From the NCBI GenBank assembly GCA_029717555.1, contig JAMDHS010000061.1:108351-128350 (forward strand): a stretch of 20,000 nucleotides of DNA, given 5' to 3'. This DNA is from Peribolospora baueri. Lineage: Eukaryota. Each line of letters opens with the position of its first letter. Position 1 is the first letter of the stretch. The notes below the pieces were generated by a model, which searched no databases, had not been told where the DNA came from, and saw nothing but the letters and a program-made list of their open reading frames with translations. A program made the translations under genes and the position numbers. Shown in pieces: positions 1 to 8,650 of the stretch.

Positions 1-662
1 GCGCCCGGATATACGACAAACATTATAAGTCGCGTAAATTCATTCAAGATCATGTACTTTTTCGGGACCGCGCGTGGAACGTTATCACAACGATAATACG
101 ATCCAGGCAGACAAACGAGGGAAGATGACGACAACGTCAATCTCAGCATTGGATTTCGTTTCGATCATTGCGTACTTCGGTCAGGGGCTGAGGCGAGTAT
201 ACCGACACGAGAGCATGGACAGAACTGAAGGGACCGGACCATCGACGATAGATGGAGTCGGAATGGGAAGCGGAGGAGTGGATGGGAGAGGGGAAAGGCG
301 AAAGGGGGAACGGGAGGGACGAGAGCTGAGCCAACTGAGTCGAGCGGTGAAAGTGAATGGGCGGGCAGATTAAGTGGACGGACAGGAGGGAGCGCTCGAG
401 ATTCGTGATGTGATGTCAGGTGGCGTGGGCGAGCGTATCTAGCTCGGCTAACGGAGTCGCACCGAGCCGCTAATTGAAAGCGTTTGGACAAAAGACAGAC
501 GAACGAGACGGGAGGAGGAATGGAGACGGAAATGTACAGGAGGAAAGACAAAAAAGAAACAAAACCTAGTCGTTGCCGTTGAGTCGCTCTTGAAAACCTC
601 CCGGCTCTTTGCTGTATGGTGTCCTTGTGCCTCCGTGAAGCGTCGGCCCGGACATGGGCACC

Positions 663-3600
663 TTATTGCGTAGGCCCGCCGCCTTGAGCCCTTTGCAAGA
701 GCGCCATGAGATTGACGTTAGGCACGCCGGGCCCGCCGGCGGCCGGAGGAATGCCACCTGGCCCACCGCCCGGTCCGCCGCCGTGCAGGCCTATGAGGTG
801 CTGCAGGTGAGGTGGCAGAGGAACGCCAACGCCTGGCGGACCTCCTGGACCGCCCGCACTGCCCAGGCCACCGAAAGAACTCTGCTGTGCGAGGCCCCCA
901 CCAAAGTCAGGCATGTTCTGTACCGGCTGCTGCGGATGGTTCATCGGGTGCTGTTGCTGCTGCCCCGGCCCCACGAGTCCTCCGCCGGAACCTTGCTGAC
1001 CTGGCAGCTGGCCCTGTATCACCATTTGTTGTTGCTGCCTGATCATGTTGAGCTGCTGCTGAAGGTGAGGTGGGATCGGACCGCCGCCGCCGACAACCGG
1101 GCCTCCCAATCCAGGCCCCGGAGCGCCTGGAGGAGGACGTGAGAAAGGCGGAAAGTTGGAACCGGGCGGCAGTCCGCCGGCGGGGACGCTCATAGGTGGC
1201 ATACCGGGCGCTGGACTGGACCGGGGAGGCAGTGCACCAACGGGCAGACCGCGAAGATGAGGCGGGAGCATGTCCGGATGAGGAGGCGGCGGACCTCCGA
1301 AGGGCGAGTGGAGCGGACCAGGCGGCGGCGGGCCGTCACGCGAAGCGAAGCGAGGTCCTTGAGTATGCGCAGATGGCGGCCCCGAAGCGGGCCCGAGCCT
1401 TGGGACAGGAGATGGAAGCCGTCCTAGAGACAGGCTCGGAGCTGACATGGGAGGCATCTCTTGGGGCCGGCCCATAGGGTGCTGCAGCAGGTTTGCGAGA
1501 TTCACGCCGGGTCCGGATGGCACCTGTTGCTGCTGAAGGTGGAAGGATGTGTGGTTCTGTAGAGGTGGCTGGCTGCTGGGAGGTGTGGTGGTGAGCGGTA
1601 GCATTTGTGAATGAGGCCCTTGATGGGCGCCCATGAGACGTTGATGGGGAGGGGGGACAGTCTGGGAAAGCGGAGGGCCGCTCCACGAAATGGCATGGCT
1701 AGACCCTAGAGAAGGAGAAGGCGTGTGCGCAGCCGGCTGTTCCAAAATGGAAGCACCGCTAAAGGATGGGTGCGAAGGGTGACCTTGAGTGGGTTGGGGC
1801 GCGACGACGGGTGGAGGTGAGGAAGAAGCAGCGGGAAGCTGGGGCGAATCGTGAGGTGTGATGCGCGCCTGCGAGCTTTGCAACATGGCCATAATCTTTT
1901 GCATGCTGGCCACGTCAGCCGGCGGGACGTTCTGCTGCCTGCTCTCTTGCGCGGCTCGCTGAGTTTCCTGGTCCGGTTCGGCCTGCACGGGCCGCTCGGC
2001 GTTCTTGAATAGCTCGGCAACGTTCACACCGCTGCTGGCTGACCTCTCGGCAACGGACGCATCGGTCGAAGGAACCGGCATACCCATGGCGGCAAGCGCT
2101 GCCGCTTGCGCCTCACGGGGTTTGCCCTCGAAAAACTTGGCGAAACGGCTCGAGCGGACCTGCGCGCCGCCGGAGGATGCGGAACGGGCATCGCCGGCGT
2201 CAGGTGCGGCTTGTCTGCTTTCAGCGGTAGGTGAGCGGTCGGCAGCAGGCTCTTGCGAGGCTGACGCTTTCCGTGGCGAGCCGACCGCACCGTTCTCAAG
2301 CAGAGACAACGAGTTCATCTCTTGCTCTGTCTGCCGAAGTTTGTCGTCTGCGAGTGCCGCGTCGGACGCCTGATCGCCGCTAAGACCAGCCATGAGACGC
2401 GAACGGGGCTTGGGTTCGAGACCAGGCGGAGGCCCCTGTATCACCGACGCCGACGCCTTGACGGCCCCTTCTGAGCCCTCGCTCGCCGACAATCGACTCG
2501 TTCTCGCCTCTGCCTCGGCCTTTTCCTTCTCTTGACGCTCCTTTTCGCGCATTTGAGCCTTGAACGCCTGGATGCTGTCAACATGACCGCCCTCGCTGCC
2601 CAAGCCAGGCGGTGCTCCTCCCATGGCACCGTCGCGTCGGCCGCTTTTCGGTTCATCAAGGAAAGACTTGCGGGCGCTACCGGAAGAGTCAGGTTCGTAG
2701 TCCATCCAAGCGGGAGCGCCAGACGGCGAAGTTTGGTCGTCGTCCATCCACGCCGGGGCGTTCCGTCGACGGTCGCGATCGCGCTCGCCTTCCAAGTCTC
2801 CGCGTTCGCGCAGACCCGCGCTCCTGGGCTCGCGGTCCAAGCGACCAGTTACGCTGGGTCGCCTCCAATCATCCGACATGCTCCCGTTGATGGACCGACG
2901 TTCCCTTTCTCGTTCTCCGTCCAGTCGACGCTCGCCCCTCTCGTTCTTGTCGCGATCCCGATCGCCCTTCGTCGACGTCGCCCCATCCCTTATCCTGCTG
3001 CCTCGTTCCTTTTCCCTCTCTTTGCCATTCTCGGACACTCCCACTTCGTCCCCGGCAATCCTTCTAGCTCTCTCCCTCAGTCTGTCCCTGCCCCCAAAGC
3101 GGTCCAGGTCCTTCTCCTTTTCCCTTTCCTTCCCGCCGCCTACGCGGTCGCGGGCCCGTTCTCTTTCCCGGTCACGGTCACGGTCGCTGAAACCTGACGG
3201 ACGCGCAGGAAGACTTGTCGGACCAGGGCGGTAGCTGTCGCCGCGCGAGAAGCGGCCGGACTCGGCGCCATCATACTGACCAGACAGATGAGGCGCCACG
3301 TCACGGTCGCGATCCTTGTCCCGCTCGCGACCATATGACGGCAGGTGGTCGAACTGACATGGCGCGACCGTGGATAAAAGCACTTTAGCACTCCAGAAAC
3401 AAATTTGCGGACAATGATCCAGAGCTACGTACGTTTCTGCGCTCATCGGTTCCTCGGAAGTCTTCATCAGTAGGGTCCGAACTCGCAGGACGGAACGCAC
3501 CAGCGGACACTTGACCGAACGGGTTCTTCCCAGACGGAGCGAAGCGCCGCGAGCCATCTGGAGAGCCCGAAGCGCCTATGTCAGATTGAGCAGACATGGA

Positions 3601-4475
3601 AGGTGAGGCTGTGAACAGACAGGTTGCGCTCACCGTTGAAACGCATGGGAGCGGCTTTCAGGGCCTCGTCTGCCTCTTCCGGCGGCCTTCTGTTGTATCT
3701 ACGTATGTCCAAAATCGCATGTCATCCGAAGGGTCAGTGTCACGGAGCATCTCTGAAGCAGCAGGGCATGCAAAAGGAAAAGAACGACAATTCACTTCCT
3801 GTCTCTCCCGGTGCTACTGTAGTTCGGCATTAGCCCCAGCTGCTCCCCACCATCGCTGCTCTGTTGATCTGTTCGTCGTTTACCCGGCTGCTCCCATTCG
3901 CTGATCAAGCAAGAAAAAAAAAGTAGGAACACGTCTGTTGAGTCACAGAATGTCCTCGAAACAAGCGGTCCGTCAATTCCGCACGCTGAGGCCTTCTCCA
4001 TTCAAGCTTTCAGGCCGTTCCAAGGCACTCTCTCCTTCACAGCAGCATTCATCGTCCAAGGCATCCCCATGGAGCCTATCCAAACAGTCGCCCCGTCACT
4101 ATCTCCACTCGCTGAAACCGCCCGACCTGAAAGTCGTGGTAGCCGAGAGAAGGCTCTGACCAATAGGGGTCCTCCCTACTCCAAAATCATCACGTACAGT
4201 CGACCGACACACCCACACGACTGGCTGACTCGATCAACTGAGCGGACGAAGGTCACTCACCCATACCAGTCCCTCAGAGCAGGCATCCCTTCTGGAGGTT
4301 CCACTAAGGGCGATACGCGCAAAGCAAGAAGCACGGAGCGGGAGTAGGTGGCCTGAGCCCGCGTCGGTCGTCCTTCCCTTCGGTGTGCGCCAGTGGCGCC
4401 AGTGAGGACGTGGCCCTGTGCTGGAGGGGACGCATCGTCACCTGGGGTTCGGTGACCGGCTCTTTCTGCAGCCAT
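663..4475 (-). CDS. eIF4E-binding protein, 4E-T/Eap1-like, ~1072 aa. Predicted exons: 4475-4261, 3900-3796, 3698-3634, 3575-3433, 3353-663
   Basis: The exons are joined by GT..AG introns in consistent phases (3219 nt). The N-terminal YSRSVLLAL matches the canonical YxxxxL-phi eIF4E-binding motif (4346-4326) and is followed by SPLVEPPEGMPALRDWYGEW. Downstream are an R/D/E-rich tract, two PAWMD motifs, DSIQAFKAQMRE, SSRFAKFF and a P/G/Q-rich low-complexity C-terminus. The family assignment comes from motif recognition, not a search. Confidence 0.7.
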
Positions 4476-5231
4476 GGTCAGAGAAAAGCAGGTATGGAGC
4501 AAAGAGAAGGGCCGACGGAGGATGGCGGGGGCGAGGGGAGGCGAGGAAGGAAGGGAGGAGTGGAAGAGAGGCGGCGACGCAGAGAGGCGGCGACGGAGAG
4601 CGTAGAATTTGTGAGCGGATTGTCCCCCCCGTCCAGTCCACTCAAAGCCCAACAAGCATCAGAATGGGAAGGCGAGGGACGTAAAAAAGTGGGTCGAGTC
4701 GATGTGGATGGGTTGGGAGCGAAAGATGGAAGAAAGGAGGGCCGAAAGGTCGTCTAGCGACCCTGCTCACCAGCCATGGATGGATAGAGACGAGGGGCGA
4801 TGGCGATGCAAGCTGTATGGTGTCGTTATAGTAGAGGGTTTGGGATGAGGAAGAGGGCCGAGGAAAGAGGTGAGGGAGGAAGACGGAAAGGATGGGGAGG
4901 AAAGGGCGAGGGATGACGGAGCGGACGAGGGAACGCTGAATGCGCACAAGACCGTTCAAAGCCAGCATCGCAGCTGGCGAAGGACGGTGGACACGCTCGG
5001 CCTGCCGCAGTCAGTGTTTCCCACCCAGCTGCGACACCTTGGGATCATATCATTTCTAAGACTTCTTGATTCCACCTGTCACCTCGGACATATCTCTGCT
5101 CTCTCTTGTATTACACGAAAACGCAAGGGAGCCATCCAGACGTCGATGAAAATGCGGGATAGAAAGGAAAGGAGAGGAAAGGGAGCGACCATCCGGGGGT
5201 AAATCGGTCGATCAACGGAGGGGCCTCCAAC

Positions 5232-8200
5232 TTAGCCGAAGGCGGTGAGCCTGTTCGGGTCCGCATCCATCGCCCATGGCATGTAGTCCTTCGACGTGAA
5301 GGCTTTGCTCGCTTTGCTCATCGTTACCGAAGCGCGAGAGACGGCGTCCGTGCGGTAGAAGTCGTCGATCGGCTTCTTGAACGCAGCGCCCTGCACCTTG
5401 GCACCCTTGCCAACCTTGGCAATCTGAGCGAGACCCAGCTCGGGCGCAGACGTAGGCTCCACCACGTCGTACCGCACCAGCGACGGCGCCACCTCCCACA
5501 TCCGGTCTCGGACCGAAATCAAGTCGTCGTACGGTAACGGGGTGCCCAAGACCTCCGACAAGGCGCGAATGGTCTTCCAGCTGCAAGGGAAAGTGAAGGA
5601 GGCGAGTCGGGCGAGTGAGCGACCGCATACATAGATGAATCACCTGACACTTGTCTCAACCAACGAGCACTCACTCTTCCCTGGCGGCGCCTGGCGGCGG
5701 CACGGCAGCGCGAGTGATCTGAGTCCTGCCCTCGGTGTTGACGAACGTCGTGCTCTTCTCCGTGTAAGCGCATCCGGGCAAGCACACATCCGCATACTGA
5801 GCACCGACATCACCGTGGTGGCCCTGGTACACCACAAAGGCATCCCGCGGGATGACCTCGGGCGAAAAGTCGTCCGCGTTAAGCAGGTAGACGAACTTGG
5901 GCGTCGTCTTGGACGCTTCTGGAGACGGTACGAAGCCGATGTCGTAGGCACCGGTACGAGAGGCGTGCCGCTGCAGCACGTTGAATCCGTTCCACTCCGG
6001 CGTGAGGAACTTGTCCTTGTTTGCCTCGACGTACTTGGCCAACGTTGCGTACACTGCCTGTCCGTCCTCATGCTCGCCAACGGCCGAGCCGACGATGATC
6101 ATCGGCTTCTTGGCGTTCTTGAGCTTCTCGGCGAACTCGCCCTTGCCAGCGAGCAGATCCTGGACGGCCTTGGCGTCCGAGCCGATGTGGTCGTACCCGA
6201 TGGTGAGGTCGACCGGCTCGCCAACAAGACCGACCTCGGAGCCCTTGCGGAGCCAAGCCTTGCGCAGACGGGTGTTCACGATGGCGGCCTCGTGGCGCGG
6301 GTTGGTGCCAACCAAGAGAACGACGTCTGCGTCTTCGCAGCCGGGGATAGTGGAGTTGAAAGAGTAGTTGGAGCGGAAGTCGACGCCGTGGGCGGGGGCG
6401 CTGCTGCCCTCACTCGTGTCGAGGGCAAGGTTGTCCGAACCCAGCCGGTTGATGAGATCCTTCAACGCCACCAACGACTCGGCGTCCGCAGCTTGGCCGG
6501 CGATCGCCTTGATCTCATCGCCCTTGGCGCCAGACTTCTCAAGACCCTCAGAGATGGTCAGAAGAGCCTGCTCCCACGAGGCGGGGACAAAGCGGCCCCC
6601 CTGACGAACGAGCGGAGTGGTGAGTCGCTGGTACTTGAGGCCATCGATCGCATATCGGGTCTTGTCGTTGATCCACTCCTCGTTCACGTCGTCGTTCACC
6701 CGAGGAAGGACGCGCATGACCTGCACGCCACGAGAGTCAACGCGGATGTTGGAGCCAACGGCATCAAGAACGTCGATGGATTCGGTCTTCTTCAACTCCC
6801 AAGGTCGGGCCTGGAAGGCGTGCGGTTTGGAGGTCAGAGCGCCGACAGGGCAGAGGTCGACGACGTTGCCGGACATCTCAGAGTCCATCGTCTTTTCCAC
6901 ATACATGCCGATCTGCAAGTTGTTGCCACGACCGGTAGTGCCAAGCTCCTGCACACCAGCGACCTCGTTGGCGAAACGCACGCAGCGAGTGCACTGAATG
7001 CAACGAGTCATGACCGTCTTGACAAGCGGGCCCAAATCCTTGTCCTCCACCGCACGCTTGCCGGCGATCTCGTGGAAGCGCGATCGGTCAGAGCCGTAGC
7101 GCATCGATTGATCCTGAAGGTCGCATTCTCCACCCCAGTCGCAGATCGGGCCTGTACAAAATGCCAAAGAAGGACCATGAGATGGTCCGATAAAACCGTG
7201 GTAATATATTATTGCCCAAACTCACAGTCGAGAGGATGGTTTGCCAGCAAAAACTCCATGACACCCTGTGATAATGGAGCCGTCCAAGAGAGAACGATAA
7301 GAACCTATACGAAGCGTCCAAGGGAAAGAATTCACGTACCTCTCGCGCCTTGTGGACAAGCGGGGTATTGGTAAGGATGGTTTGTCCCGGCATAGCGGGC
7401 ATTGCGCTGAGCAAAAAAGAGCGTGTGAAGTATGTGCGATGAGCATAAAATCTCAATAGCGCCAGCCACTGCAGGAGCTCGCCAAAGGAAGACTTACCAG
7501 GAAGCAACAGGTTTCGGTGCGCCCTTCGATTCGACCAAGCACATGCTGCACGGGGAGACAGTCGAGAAGCACATTGCTACGGGTCAGTAGGGGTGGGGAA
7601 TTGATGAAAGTGGAATGAGGGTGCTCACCGGCAGTTGCCAGCAATGTCTGCGAGTAGCAATCAGCATGGGGAAGAGAAGGAATGCCAGATCGACCATTCA
7701 GCAGTCAGATATGACTATGGGAGCAGACCTGCGTCGCGACGACGATAGGCAGGCGACCCGACACTCACTCAGACGTTCGTGATAGCAAAATCGCGGGATA
7801 CTCGCCCCTGCCTTTTCGCAAGCTTGGATAAGAGCGGTACCTATTTTAGAGTAGGGAAGCGCAAGATGAGATGGGGAAGGAAAGGGGATAAAAGCAAGGA
7901 AGGACGATTGAGCAACGTTGACGCGCAACAAAACCATGGCCCCCACTGAGCTTCTTCGCGATGCCTCGTCTGATCGATGCTCTTAGGGAGAAGCGCCATT
8001 ATGCCTTCTCCATCGCCCTTGCACCTCTTCACCCGCACAGACTCCCGCTCGACAACAAGACAAGGTGCATCCGACTCACCTTGCTCGACCTCGACCTCCT
8101 TCCCGTCAACGGTGAGCTTGATCAACTTCGCCTGTCCCCGCATCGCCGAGGCGGAGAAAGAGCGCGCAGAGGAAGGGGAGGGCCGACGCAGGGCGGCAGA

Positions 8201-8245
8201 AACGGCGGAGGCCGCCGGCCTGGAAAAGCTGGAGGCGCGCATCAT
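5232..8245 (-). CDS. NDUFS1: NADH:ubiquinone oxidoreductase 75/78-kDa Fe-S subunit, mitochondrial precursor, 745 aa. Exons: 8245-8080, 7840-7769, 7647-7629, 7545-7498, 7406-7340, 7265-7226, 7151-5675, 5580-5232
   Basis: The protein starts with an R/S/A-rich mitochondrial presequence. Fe-S motifs present: [46 protein letters not shown], and [24 protein letters not shown]. Also present are [20 protein letters not shown] and [14 protein letters not shown]. All 7 introns are GT-AG and phase-consistent (2238 nt). Confidence 0.97.
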
Positions 8246-8650
8246 CGTGAGTGGCGACGGCGAAAGGTTAGGATTAGGAGGCTGGAGAAGGAGGAGCCCG
8301 GCGTCGTTCGGTCACCGGCCTGGCACGCCCGCTCCGATGGTGTACGGGACAATTAGGGTTATGGAAGACGGCACCGGTTCTTCCCACGCTCGACGGTCCA
8401 ATCGCAGTTGTAGGAAATGAAAACATGTGGCGCTGACTAAGCTGAGCGGCGTTTCAAGTCGATAATAGCAAATTGCAGGAATAGCGGACAAATGAACAGG
8501 AATGGACGAAAGAGAACATGGAATGGTGGAAAGAGGACAGGAAGAGATAACGTCTATGGTCTGCTCGGCTGCGTGGGGCAACCCCATTCCAGCAGCCCTT
8601 TGGGATCGGCTCTGCGTTCGTGTCGTCGGCAGACGGGATACGACGGCCGC

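Noticed and set aside
441..471. GCTCGG...CCGAGC hairpin in the 3' region of the 4E-T-like gene
   Set aside because: The stem is only 6 bp, likely chance in GC-rich DNA, and shows no SECIS or other known RNA features.
3354..3557. N-terminus of the 964-aa ORF (MARGASLRLG...)
   Set aside because: It runs through an intron (3432-3354) and the wrong frame of exon 4. The real N-terminus is spliced from upstream exons.
5635..7374. 579-aa plus-strand ORF
   Set aside because: It is the antisense shadow of the large complex I exon. Strong C/G third-position bias depletes stops on the opposite strand, and it has no recognisable domain.
7841..8079. 239-nt first intron of the complex I gene as a snoRNA or riboswitch host
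   Set aside because: It has only a short GGAGAAG/CTTCTCC hairpin. I recognised no C/D, H/ACA or TPP-aptamer motifs.
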